This document shows, one piece after another, positions 1 to 8,861 of a stretch of DNA of 64,000 bases; within the stretch, counting starts at the first letter, position 1, and each line of letters starts with the position of its first letter. The position numbers were made by a program, and so were the translations under genes. The DNA comes from Candidatus Levyibacteriota bacterium (GTDB lineage Bacteria > Patescibacteriota > Microgenomatia > Levybacterales > UBA12049): NCBI GenBank assembly GCA_963722305.1, contig CAVRKE010000002.1:187878-251877 (forward strand). The letters are read 5' to 3'. The notes under the pieces are model-generated. The model was not told the origin of the DNA and ran no database searches. It saw only the letters and a list, made by a program, of their open reading frames with translations.

Positions 1-96
1 GAGAAGAAAAACAATTAGAAAAGGTTTTTGTAAAGCAGTGGCTAGATTATAAAAAACGCGTCCGCCGCTGGATTTAATCTCAAGAAGTAAATTTTC

Positions 97-105
97 TGCT
101 ATAAT
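97..105 (+). promoter_or_regulatory. Extended -10 promoter element (TGcTATAAT), about 15 nt upstream of the tRNA-Pro
   Basis: tgc at 97-99 and TATAAT at 100-105. The same 13-mer tttctgctataat recurs upstream of alaS at 49400-49412. The -35 is weak. Confidence 0.35.
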
Positions 106-120
106 TCAAAAGGCCATTTG

Positions 121-191
121 CGGGGTGTAGTTTATCGGTAGAATGCGCGCATGGGGTGCGTGTGGGCCGAGTTCAATTCTCGGCACCCCGA
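121..191 (+). tRNA. tRNA-Pro, anticodon GGG
   Basis: Cloverleaf folded by hand. Acceptor CGGGGTG pairs with CACCCCG, giving C1:G72 as is typical of bacterial tRNA-Pro. Anticodon stem CGCGC/GCGTG with loop A-T-GGG-G-T; G37 present. T-arm CCGAG-TTCAATT-CTCGG. Discriminator A; CCA not encoded. Confidence 0.7.
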
Positions 192-194
192 CAC

Positions 195-599
195 TTAGGC
201 TTTTTTGAAACCTAAATCCAGCAGAGCTTGTTGAGCTTTTTCCAAATGCTCTTCCCGCACAAAAAGGTAATCTTTGGAGTAAGTCGAAATTACCAGATTA
301 TTCATTCCCCGCTCTCCCATGGCACCTGTTACTGCGCCCGCAAATCCAACGGCATAAAAAGGTAAAGAGATTTTTAACTCAAAGCCGACATATAAATCTT
401 TGTTCTTTTCGATTAAATCAAGTTTTGAAAGATTTTCTTCCCTTGTACAAACGCTGATTTCGTCCTTATCTTTGGAAACCATAAAATGCCCATCGTCAAA
501 ATTTGGGATAGTTTTTACTTTGGCAAAAATATATCTGCCGTCCAAAAGCGCAAATGTACTCGATTCAATAACCTTCTTCAACTCATCACTAATCGTCAT
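195..599 (-). CDS. Small ACT-domain-like hypothetical protein, 134 aa
   Basis: Intact ORF. Beta-alpha-beta pattern with a glycine-rich segment (VGFAGAVTGAMGERG). Family assignment is tentative. Confidence 0.45.
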   Translation of the reverse strand: MTISDELKKVIESSTFALLDGRYIFAKVKTIPNFDDGHFMVSKDKDEISVCTREENLSKLDLIEKNKDLYVGFELKISLPFYAVGFAGAVTGAMGERGMNNLVISTYSKDYLFVREEHLEKAQQALLDLGFKKA

Positions 600-655
600 G
601 TCAAAATTATACCACGAAAGAAATTTTACAGCTAAAAAGCGATATTACGAATTAG

Positions 656-952
656 CTACCCGATATTTCTGCTCGGAAGAATAAAAAACTTGATTCTATT
701 GGCTTGCTCCTGAACAGAGGAATTTTTCATGCTACCTCCGACTCCTAAATTCAATACCAAAATACCAGCTTTTGCGTCTTTTCCGTTTTCATCGCTAGTC
801 CTTACTGCAATATCAAAAGAAATAAAACCAGTTTCGCTATCTCTTCTATATGCCTCAATTTCAAACGAGTGATTACCTAATTTCGAATTGGCGTTCTTAA
901 TACCAGATTCTATTTCAACTAACACATTCGTTATGAATTCATTGAGTTCCAT
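656..952 (-). CDS. Hypothetical 98-aa protein; downstream gene of an AT-rich two-gene cassette
   Basis: Intact ORF 21 nt after the upstream gene's stop. Residues alternate in a beta-strand-like pattern (FEIEAY, ISFDIAV, GILVLNLGVGGS). No family recognised. Confidence 0.55.
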   Translation of the reverse strand: MELNEFITNVLVEIESGIKNANSKLGNHSFEIEAYRRDSETGFISFDIAVRTSDENGKDAKAGILVLNLGVGGSMKNSSVQEQANRIKFFILPSRNIG

Positions 953-972
953 ATTGTTTAATTTTCACCCCC

Positions 973-1842
973 TTATTTTTTATCGTTTTTAATACTTTTT
1001 TGTAAAATTAACCTTAATATTAAACCAGACAGATACAAGAATGCTTCTGTGTCCTCCGCTTTTGGAATAAAACTTTTATCGTTTCCTGCATGTCTCCCAA
1101 ATTCCTTGCTTAATTCCTTATAGGAATTAAATATTTTATGCCATTCCTTATCTAGCTCTAATTTATCTACTAAATTGTTAAAATTATTATCGAAAGATCC
1201 CTTAGGAGATAACAGATATTCTTGTGTTAGTTTTTCCACCGCTTGAAAAGAATTGCTAATTGTATCCTTTCTTTTTATGGAGTTTTTCAAAGATTGCGAA
1301 TAATTATCTAAGGCGTTTTTATACAATAATTGAATCTTCGGATTAGATTCAAGCCATTTCAAAACGTCCAAGACTAATTTTTCATTAAATTCTTCTGCTC
1401 CCTCCGGATAAAATTTTCCATTTCGCCAAGATATCCCAAGAGAAATAGGTTGGTTAAGTGCCAGCTGAATTGACGATTCAATATTTTTGAGCCAAGAATC
1501 TTTATCATATTCACTAGAAATTGTGAAATAGTCGTAAAGTATCTCCAGGAGTAATAGTGTTTTTTCAAAATCATTGTTTGAAAAAAAAGAAAATGATGGT
1601 TTGTAAGTTTCGTAGCGATCAAAACTATTTCTGTTGTGATTTCTAATTATGCTCGAAGGATTAAGATTAAATTCTATCGCTATAAAATCAAATAAACCCT
1701 TATTGTAATCTGTATAGCGTGGGCCTTCTTTCTCGTCTAATGGCTCAATTAAATAATGATTAATAACATTAATAAAATTTAATTTTATTTCATTGATATC
1801 TATTTCTTGACCAAATCTTTTTTTAAAATCAAATATTCTACT
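973..1842 (-). CDS. Hypothetical ~290-aa protein; upstream gene of the AT-rich cassette. The ORF could extend to 1914.
   Basis: Long ORF. The likely start is the ATG at 1840-1842 (MSRIFDF...), preceded by AAGGAA. Strongly AT-rich with a K/N/S-rich product, differing in composition from its neighbours. No family recognised. Confidence 0.55.
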   Translation of the reverse strand, partial: SRIFDFKKRFGQEIDINEIKLNFINVINHYLIEPLDEKEGPRYTDYNKGLFDFIAIEFNLNPSSIIRNHNRNSFDRYETYKPSFSFFSNNDFEKTLLLLEILYDYFTISSEYDKDSWLKNIESSIQLALNQPISLGISWRNGKFYPEGAEEFNEKLVLDVLKWLESNPKIQLLYKNALDNYSQSLKNSIKRKDTISNSFQAVEKLTQEYLLSPKGSFDNNFNNLVDKLELDKEWHKIFNSYKELSKEFGRHAGNDKSFIPKAEDTEAFLYLSGLILRLILQKSIKNDKK

Positions 1843-1984
1843 CATTTCCTTAAAAAAACGAACCGGTGGAGGTTCGTTGGGTTGGCTGGCAATTGCTTGT
1901 CGGTCAAGGCACAAAACGAGCCTTCACCTATGATTTGCTTTACTATATGGCACTAAACCTAGATTGTCAAGCGCTCGCCGGGGA

Positions 1985-2422
1985 TTATTGTTTTACGGGG
2001 AAGCCGGCAGCAACCCAGGCGTTGTAGCCGCCTGCCAAATCGTAAACAGATTTAAAGCCTTTTTGCAACATTAAATCCATCGCTTTACCGGAGCGGACTC
2101 CTGTTCTGCAATAAACTAAGTAGTTCTTATTTTTATCTAAAGAGTCAAGGAATTTGGAAAATTGCTGCGTTTGGTAAAAATCCGACTCCTCAGCCTTTGC
2201 CAGGTGTCCGGCGCTGTATTCCTGTACAGTTCTGACGTCGATTAACGTATACTTTGTGGACGTCAGAGCTTGTTTAAACTGCTGGGGAGATAAATCGGTA
2301 AAAGGGCTCACTAAGGCCAGGACGTCGGCGTTTGAATTTGTATTCTCGGAGGGCATTAAAGCAATTACGCCGCCGGCTATAAGAATTACCAACAATAATC
2401 CCGCAATAATAACTTTTTTCAT
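1985..2422 (-). CDS. Rhodanese-domain sulfurtransferase with an N-terminal transmembrane/signal segment
   Basis: Rhodanese fold with the active-site loop CRTGVRSG; hydrophobic N-terminus. Confidence 0.8.
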   Translation of the reverse strand: MKKVIIAGLLLVILIAGGVIALMPSENTNSNADVLALVSPFTDLSPQQFKQALTSTKYTLIDVRTVQEYSAGHLAKAEESDFYQTQQFSKFLDSLDKNKNYLVYCRTGVRSGKAMDLMLQKGFKSVYDLAGGYNAWVAAGFPVKQ

Positions 2423-2426
2423 AAAA

Positions 2427-2765
2427 TCAAACTTCCAGCGGCAGTTTATAAACCCGCCAGGCCAATAACCCGCTTATCATATCATAAACATTTTTGTAGC
2501 CTAAACTTTTGAGCTGTTGAACGGCAATTGAGCTTCTGGAGCCGCTTAAGCAATAGACATAAATAGTCTCTTCTTTGTTTGGGATAATATTTTGAACTTT
2601 GGACTGAACGTCATTGAGCGGCAGATTAATGCTACCGGCAATCCGACCGACGGTTTGGTATTCATGAGGCGTTCGAACGTCCAACAACACGAAGTCTGCA
2701 GTCTTTGTTTGCAGTTTCTTGAACACTTCCCTGGCGTCGATTTGTGAAGATTGATTATTCATTTT
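2427..2765 (-). CDS. Rhodanese-domain protein
   Basis: Active-site loop CLSGSRS. The likely start is MNNQSS at 2765; the listed ORF runs on to 2816. Confidence 0.75.
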   Translation of the reverse strand, partial: KMNNQSSQIDAREVFKKLQTKTADFVLLDVRTPHEYQTVGRIAGSINLPLNDVQSKVQNIIPNKEETIYVYCLSGSRSSIAVQQLKSLGYKNVYDMISGLLAWRVYKLPLEV

Positions 2766-3513
2766 AGGTTCCGAGGCGCCTTTTCCTGCCCGAATATTCT
2801 TTAAACGCCATGACAATATCAGGAATTGAAACTTCCGGCAGGTTTTTTTTGACCGAAACCAATTCTGCTAAACCTACCATCGGCCCAAAACCGGAAAGCC
2901 TTAATTCCCCGCTGGTGCGAAGTACCATATCAAACAGCGGCAAACCTTTATTGATTGTGGCCAGCAATTGATAAGTATCTAAAGTTGGATTTTGAGCCCG
3001 GGCTTTGGCGAATTCTTCCAGCTGCCACCTTTCCCCGTAGTCAACGAACACCGCAAAAATTTTGTTTTGATTGTGAGAAGTTTCTTTTTCGACTCTGTCC
3101 AAAGTTTGCAGCAGTTTCGGATACTCTTTTTCAAGTCTTTGACGACTGCCAAGGTGCATAAATTTAATCCCGAAATCCTGCATCACTTTTAGGTTTTGGG
3201 CAATGATATTGTCGATAACCTCCATAATGTTGTCGACTTCGTGCTTTTCCCTTTTCCAGTTATCCTCGCCGAATCCCCAAAAGCCAATGACTTTAACGTT
3301 TAAATCTTTAAACGCGTTAAGCATTTTCATCATTGTCTCTCCGCCTGCCCAATGCCCTTCTTCGGGCCGAAGATGGTGCGACTTTGCCCACCTGCGGTTA
3401 CCATCGGGTATAATCAGAAGTGCATTTGGCAAATTCAGTTGATTTAAGCCCTTAATGCCGATTTCGGTGGTATGTCTTTGAATTCTGTTTTGAATTCTTT
3501 TGTGTATTCTCAT
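2764..3513 (-). CDS. uppS: Undecaprenyl-diphosphate synthase (cis-prenyltransferase)
   Basis: DGNRRWA motif and overall UPP synthase signature; 249 aa. Confidence 0.85.
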   Translation of the reverse strand: MRIHKRIQNRIQRHTTEIGIKGLNQLNLPNALLIIPDGNRRWAKSHHLRPEEGHWAGGETMMKMLNAFKDLNVKVIGFWGFGEDNWKREKHEVDNIMEVIDNIIAQNLKVMQDFGIKFMHLGSRQRLEKEYPKLLQTLDRVEKETSHNQNKIFAVFVDYGERWQLEEFAKARAQNPTLDTYQLLATINKGLPLFDMVLRTSGELRLSGFGPMVGLAELVSVKKNLPEVSIPDIVMAFKEYSGRKRRLGT

Positions 3514-3515
3514 AT

Positions 3516-4493
3516 TTAGAACAAATGGTCTTCGATGATGTGCGCGCCTTTGGCCGGATTATTGATGATGGTTTTCGAAACTTCTTCGACTGTAGCTAAT
3601 TTTTGAGCCAGTGCTTCAACGTCTTTTTTCTGCACAATCAGGTGAATATCCTGTCCGGTGTTAACGGTGAAATAAACTTCCAGTCCTTCGGCCCGCCATT
3701 TTTTGGTCAGGTGCATGATTTTAAGCGAGCCGGGAAGTAGATAAATTAGTGAGGGCCGGGAAGTAAGCATAATTGCGTGCAGTTCCAGAGCCTCCGCTTC
3801 CAATAATTCTCCAAAAGCGCTAAAATCTTTTGCTTTCAGGTATTGCTTGATTAGGGTAATTTTTTGCTTGATGTTGGCCAAACGCACCGGAAAGAAAATA
3901 CTCGAGGAGGCCATCTTTTGTCCTTCGGTACTAGAAACTTCCTTTTTATTTTTGCTGACCACCGCCACCACATCCGCAATTTCCCAGTAATCGGAACCGT
4001 AAAGAGAAACCGCGTAGGAAGTTTCCGAGGTATCGCCGTCCAGCCACTCGACAAATCCGTCGGGAATACTTCTGCAAGCAGAGCCCGAGCCTTGTCTTGC
4101 CAATATCGATAATTCTTTTTCCGTTAGGTTGAGTCCGGCTGCTGCGGCTCCGGCTAAACTGAGTGCCGCAAAACCGGAGGCCGATGAAGAAAGTCCGGTA
4201 CCAATCGGGAAATTATTAACAGTAACTACTTTGGCTTTGGTTTGGATGTTTGCCAATTTTCTGATCCTGTCTAAGTGCTTGATGGCGCGGCTTCCTTGAT
4301 TTACTTCTTTTTCGCCATTGATAATAATGCTGTCTTCTGTGAATTTTGGATTGAACTCGACTGTGGTAGTGGTCAATAAATTACTCAAATTCATCGAGAT
4401 GCTGCCGTTTTCCGGAAGCCTTAAGACTTCATCTTTTTTGCCCCAGTATTTAATAAAGGCGATATTTGACGGCGCAACTGCAGTTTTTTTCAT
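3516..4493 (-). CDS. mvaD: Diphosphomevalonate decarboxylase
   Basis: GHMP family; N-terminus APSNIAFIKYWGK, typical of MVD. Overlaps the next gene by 4 nt. Confidence 0.85.
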   Translation of the reverse strand: MKKTAVAPSNIAFIKYWGKKDEVLRLPENGSISMNLSNLLTTTTVEFNPKFTEDSIIINGEKEVNQGSRAIKHLDRIRKLANIQTKAKVVTVNNFPIGTGLSSSASGFAALSLAGAAAAGLNLTEKELSILARQGSGSACRSIPDGFVEWLDGDTSETSYAVSLYGSDYWEIADVVAVVSKNKKEVSSTEGQKMASSSIFFPVRLANIKQKITLIKQYLKAKDFSAFGELLEAEALELHAIMLTSRPSLIYLLPGSLKIMHLTKKWRAEGLEVYFTVNTGQDIHLIVQKKDVEALAQKLATVEEVSKTIINNPAKGAHIIEDHLF

Positions 4494-5470
4494 GACTCTA
4501 TTCTGACTCCTTCCGCGTTAGTTTTGACGCCGATGACTTGCCCTCCGGCCTGGGTGATGCCGGCTTTGACCAGTAACTCTTTGTCTTTGGGGCAAAGCGC
4601 AATCATACAGTCTCCGCCGCCGGCCCCGGAAAGCTTGGCGCCGTATGCTCCGGCCGACAAGGAAATATTAATCATGTCATCTAATTTGGGAATGCTAACG
4701 CCAAGCTCTCTTAAAAGATCCATGTTCGCGTTCATAAGCACGCCCAAACCGGGCCAATTTTGTGCAAGGACCGCTACTTTGGCATCCTCGACTAATTCTG
4801 AAATTTCATCATAAATTTCTTCCAATCTTTTTTCTTTGCCGGTGAAACTTTCTTTGACTTTATTGATAAGAGTAACCGTGTCCGCCTTTACCCCCGAATA
4901 GCCGACCAGTAAAGGAAGTGAAGAAATTTTGAGCGCCTCGATTACTTTTCCGGCGGTGATAAAATATAAAGTTCCGCCGTACACTCCTGCTGCTACGTCA
5001 AACCCCGAGCCTTTCCCCTGAATATCCAAAACAGTCTGAAATGAAAGATCAAAAATTTCCCTATCCGATAAATTTAAATTGAGAATTTCGGCAACCGCTT
5101 TGATAACACAAACCGTTGACGCCGAAGAAGAACCAAAACCGAATTGTGAAGAAAATTCCGAAGCGGTGGTGACTTTAAGTCCTGATGTCAGCGGATGTTT
5201 TTCAGCGATATTTTTAATCGCCACTTCCACAAACTGCGCCCCTTTGGGAATATCGCCCTTGCCAAGCTCTGATAATGGTTTTTTGTAATTTTCGACTTTG
5301 ACATCCGGCGCTTCCAGTTGAAATTCTTTTTCTTTGAGAACCTCGACTGTTGCCCGCATCCTTTGCTCAACCGCCGTTACCAGACACGGCCGGTTATAAA
5401 CCACCGCGTGCTCACCCAAAAGCATTAATTTTCCCGGCGCCGAAACAGTTATTTTTACTTTATTTTTCAT
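4490..5470 (-). CDS. mvk: Mevalonate kinase (GHMP kinase)
   Basis: SAPGKLMLLGEHAVV N-terminus and the GHMP ATP motif GFGSSSA. Confidence 0.75.
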   Translation of the reverse strand: MKNKVKITVSAPGKLMLLGEHAVVYNRPCLVTAVEQRMRATVEVLKEKEFQLEAPDVKVENYKKPLSELGKGDIPKGAQFVEVAIKNIAEKHPLTSGLKVTTASEFSSQFGFGSSSASTVCVIKAVAEILNLNLSDREIFDLSFQTVLDIQGKGSGFDVAAGVYGGTLYFITAGKVIEALKISSLPLLVGYSGVKADTVTLINKVKESFTGKEKRLEEIYDEISELVEDAKVAVLAQNWPGLGVLMNANMDLLRELGVSIPKLDDMINISLSAGAYGAKLSGAGGGDCMIALCPKDKELLVKAGITQAGGQVIGVKTNAEGVRIES

Positions 5471-6309
5471 AGATATACATGCATTGTACCACCAGACTCT
5501 GCATCACTAGAAGCCGGTATCTCTACTGCTGGCTTAACCGCTCTTATAATTACAACCGGATAATCTATATGCACTCCATCTGCTTCCTCTCTAATCATAA
5601 AAGCTGCTTTAACATCGTCTGGCGCAGCTAAAATATTTCTGTCCATAGCTTCTTTCTTTTCAGCTGTTATTTGCTGACTGTCAACCCAATTTTGAGTATT
5701 TACGTTACTGGTATGATAGCCAACTACTTCCGCTTGGAAACCTGCTTCTGCCAACATAGTCAACCACCCTGTTTTCGTAGGAATGTAGCATACTCCATTT
5801 TTGGCTTCATCTCTTCCGCTTAATCGTTGCTTCAGTCGGTGATGTCCGTTAAGCCAGTCCTCTTGGCCCTGTGGAGAAACCATATCGGCAATCACTAAAA
5901 CTCCGCCGGGTTTCAGAATCCTAAGTAATTTTCTAAGAATTCGCTGTTGCTGCTCTAGTGTATTATCTTTTATCCCATACCTGCTAAGGATGGCATCTAT
6001 TGAATCTGCTTCAAACGGCAAAGTTTCTCTAATGTCTGCAATTACTTTTCCTAAACCTGGCGTATGAAACTCATCTAAGACCGCCCGGCTGGCACTGACT
6101 AAAGCGTAATCATGGTTTGGAAAATCTTCAAGCAATTCTGTTACTACCGAAGATACACCATGTACAAACTCAATTACTCTGGCAGGCGTATTTCTGACAT
6201 TTAATCCCGCTTCTTGAAAAATACGCCGTGCAAACTCCGGATCGGTATATGTCGGTGGCCAAAGATGTGTATCAGGAGCTCTACCTAATAAAGTTTCATC
6301 CATTGCCAT
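5467..6309 (-). CDS. Class I SAM-methyltransferase-fold protein embedded in the mevalonate operon
   Basis: Motif II-like (ADSIDAILSRYGI) and motif III-like (LLRILKPGGVLVI) segments. The glycine-rich motif I is degenerate (LVSASRAV). Overlaps both neighbouring genes by 4 nt. Confidence 0.55.
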   Translation of the reverse strand: MAMDETLLGRAPDTHLWPPTYTDPEFARRIFQEAGLNVRNTPARVIEFVHGVSSVVTELLEDFPNHDYALVSASRAVLDEFHTPGLGKVIADIRETLPFEADSIDAILSRYGIKDNTLEQQQRILRKLLRILKPGGVLVIADMVSPQGQEDWLNGHHRLKQRLSGRDEAKNGVCYIPTKTGWLTMLAEAGFQAEVVGYHTSNVNTQNWVDSQQITAEKKEAMDRNILAAPDDVKAAFMIREEADGVHIDYPVVIIRAVKPAVEIPASSDAESGGTMHVYL

Positions 6310-6313
6310 AATT

Positions 6314-7369
6314 CTATTCCCTTCTTACTCCTTCTGCTCCAAGGGCGATTTTACTGCTTTTCAAGCCCAAATTCAACAAAATTTCGTTTAACTTTGTTTC
6401 TGATTTATGATAGATAAGTAAAACACCCGTTCCTTTTTTTATTCCGCCGCCACCGTTAATTTTGGCCGCACCGCCTGACTGTTCTATTGCCCTGATGATT
6501 TTTTGGACGTAACCTGAAACAACCCCAAGTGTTTCTAAATTTGCTTCCCCTTTTTGAATAATTTTGATAATCTGAGCTTCATCACCATTTTGCAAAGCAG
6601 GCAATAATTCATGTACCAATTTTGTCTGACCATCAAAAATTGCTTCCGTTGATTTCGGATTTTTTGCAAGAAGATCCTTAACCCGGCTAACCATTTCTCC
6701 TGTTGTTTCTATTGGTGCGCCGGTATCTATCATATAAAAATTGTTTGAAATATTTTTTGATAATTTTTGTTTTAGAGGTTTTAAACCGGTGTCTTTTTTA
6801 AACCAAATTAAACCGCCGAAACAGCTGGCGGCGGTATCTCCCCCCGAAGGTTTCCCGTGTTTTTTTTGTTCGCAAAGATGAGAAATTTTATTGATGATTT
6901 GTTTGTCTAATTTTTTATGAGTGAATAATAATAAAGCTGCCGTTATTGAAACAGGAACAGCTGCAGATGAACCCATACCTCTTCCGACAGGTATTTCAGA
7001 GTTTATCATTAAATTAAATCCGGGAATTGCCTTTAATTTGAAATAATCAAAAAATTGGCCGATGGCAATTAACGGATAATCCAGGGGATTTTTGGTGATT
7101 GACTTTAAAAGCGGGATATTGTTTGTTTTATCATATTCTTCCCAATCTTTTTGCGCCTTTTGGAATATTTTATTTATCTTGGCGAAAGAAGTTGTTTCTT
7201 CTTTCTTAAAATTTTCCGATCGAACAACTATTTTGTCATCTTTTCTTAAAGAAATTTCGACAAAACACCTTTTATCGACCGCTGCAATAATTGCCGGACG
7301 GTTATGTACAACAGTATGCTCTCCTAATAAATGCAATTTTCCCGGGGCAGAAACACGAATTTTTGTCAT
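6314..7369 (-). CDS. Second GHMP kinase of the mevalonate cluster, probably phosphomevalonate kinase (mevalonate kinase is the alternative)
   Basis: SAPGKLHLLGEHTVV N-terminus and GMGSSAA motif; 351 aa. Confidence 0.65.
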   Translation of the reverse strand: MTKIRVSAPGKLHLLGEHTVVHNRPAIIAAVDKRCFVEISLRKDDKIVVRSENFKKEETTSFAKINKIFQKAQKDWEEYDKTNNIPLLKSITKNPLDYPLIAIGQFFDYFKLKAIPGFNLMINSEIPVGRGMGSSAAVPVSITAALLLFTHKKLDKQIINKISHLCEQKKHGKPSGGDTAASCFGGLIWFKKDTGLKPLKQKLSKNISNNFYMIDTGAPIETTGEMVSRVKDLLAKNPKSTEAIFDGQTKLVHELLPALQNGDEAQIIKIIQKGEANLETLGVVSGYVQKIIRAIEQSGGAAKINGGGGIKKGTGVLLIYHKSETKLNEILLNLGLKSSKIALGAEGVRRE

Positions 7370-7668
7370 ATGGGCCTAAATTTGATGTGGTAATAAATTG
7401 CGTCTTCTTTCCCTTCGGTTTTAAGCCGCCTTAAAACTGCCTGCACCTTTTGCCCGCTAAACAAATTTTCTTTTTTCCAGTCAACCAGCTGTCCGACCAT
7501 TTTTTCGCCATTATCCATTTTGACAATCACCACCGGATATGGTGCCTGATCGGTAAAGGCTTTGGCCGGCACCCGGATGATTGTCCACTGCAGTATCTCG
7601 CCTATCTTGCCGATAAGGCTTGCCGTATCTTTATTTCTTCGCCACAGTTTTACCGGTGATGTTGCCAT
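7366..7668 (-). CDS. DUF35 OB-fold protein, the scaffold partner of the archaeal-type thiolase/HMG-CoA synthase complex
   Basis: 100 aa, OB-fold-like. Sits between a GHMP kinase and the thiolase, as in archaeal mevalonate operons. Confidence 0.6.
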   Translation of the reverse strand: MATSPVKLWRRNKDTASLIGKIGEILQWTIIRVPAKAFTDQAPYPVVIVKMDNGEKMVGQLVDWKKENLFSGQKVQAVLRRLKTEGKEDAIYYHIKFRPI

Positions 7669-7672
7669 AGTT

Positions 7673-8821
7673 TTATCCTTTCAAAATATGGATTACCGCG
7701 ACTGCCCCACTTCCCCCAACGTTATGGGTTAAGCCGATTCTTGAATTTTTGACTTGCCTCTTACCGGCTTCTCCACGCAGCTGTTCACTAATTTCCACAA
7801 TTTGTTTAATACCGGTGGCGCCGACCGGATGACCACAGGCCTTTAGGCCTCCCGAAGGATTGGTAATAGTTTTTCCTTTGAACAGCGTCATTTTGCCGGA
7901 CTCAATATCTTTGGCACCCTCACCTCTTTTGGAAAATCCCAAATCTTCAACCGCAATCGCCTCGGAAATGGAAAAACAATCGTGAATTTCCGCTACGTCA
8001 ATATCGGTGGGCTTAAGATGTGTTTTTGCGTAGGCTTTTTGGGAAGCTTCAACCACCGCGCTAAGACTGACAAAAGATTTCCGCTTGTACAAACTCAAGG
8101 TGTCGGTTGCCACTTCACTGGCAAGAATTGTCACCGGCCTTTTCATTTTAAGTGCACTGTCACCGGTAATAACTACTGCCGAGGCGCCGTCGGAAACTGG
8201 CGAACAGTCCAGTAGTTTTAACGGGTCGGCGATTTTTGGGCTTTTCATTACATCTGCAACAGTAATTGGAAACTGGAATTGGGCTTTGCTATTAAACGAA
8301 CCATGGTAGTGATTTTTAACGGAAACGCCGGCCAAAGTTTCCTCACTCACTTTGTACTTCTGGAGGTATGCCTGAGCCATCAGCGCGTACAATCCCGGGA
8401 AAGTTGCGCCGGCCATCCGTTCTTCGTCCGAGCCGGCTGCCGAAAGCGCGCTGGTAATTTCGTCTGAGCTGTGGTCGGTCATTTTTTCAATTCCCAAAAC
8501 CAACACCGTTTTGTATTGTCCTGCATTAATACTATTAATCGCGTTATGAAGAGCTAGTCCACCGGAAGCGCAGGCTCCTTCCAAACGGAAAGCCGGCACG
8601 CCTTCAGCGCCCAACTCCTCAACCATTAAAGACGCCAGATTCGCCTGGTTGCCTAAAATTCCCGACAGCATGTTGCCGACAAATAAAGCGTCTATTTGCG
8701 CAGGCTTGAGTCCGGATTTTGCCAAAGCGTTTTTCATCGCTTCTCTTGCCAGTTCGCGCGGAGAAGTATCCCACAGTTCCCCGAATTTAGTTGTCGCTGT
8801 TCCCAAAATATTTATTTTCAT
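7673..8821 (-). CDS. Acetyl-CoA acetyltransferase (thiolase, archaeal type)
   Basis: Thiolase fold. Active-site Cys lies in LEGACASGG; C-terminal region ...CGHPVGATG. Confidence 0.85.
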   Translation of the reverse strand: MKINILGTATTKFGELWDTSPRELAREAMKNALAKSGLKPAQIDALFVGNMLSGILGNQANLASLMVEELGAEGVPAFRLEGACASGGLALHNAINSINAGQYKTVLVLGIEKMTDHSSDEITSALSAAGSDEERMAGATFPGLYALMAQAYLQKYKVSEETLAGVSVKNHYHGSFNSKAQFQFPITVADVMKSPKIADPLKLLDCSPVSDGASAVVITGDSALKMKRPVTILASEVATDTLSLYKRKSFVSLSAVVEASQKAYAKTHLKPTDIDVAEIHDCFSISEAIAVEDLGFSKRGEGAKDIESGKMTLFKGKTITNPSGGLKACGHPVGATGIKQIVEISEQLRGEAGKRQVKNSRIGLTHNVGGSGAVAVIHILKG

Positions 8822-8858
8822 GCTTCGACTATGCTCAGCATTTCGCTTCGCTCAATAA
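8822..8858 (-). repeat. Copy A of the ~38-nt upstream element (tattgagcgMagcgaaatgctgagcNNagtcgaagc-ATG), abutting the thiolase start
   Basis: 34 of 38 nt identical to copy B in reverse-complement orientation. The thiolase ATG follows directly. Confidence 0.8.
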
Positions 8859-8861
8859 CTC

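Noticed and set aside
180-215. GGCTTTTTTG after the tRNA, looking like a terminator T-run
   Set aside because: It is the stop-proximal coding sequence of the minus-strand gene 195-599 (encodes ...FKKA*), and there is no stable GC stem.
400-684. Plus-strand ORF overlapping the ACT-like gene and spacer
   Set aside because: Antisense to a better-supported ORF; no ribosome-binding site; product has no recognisable features.
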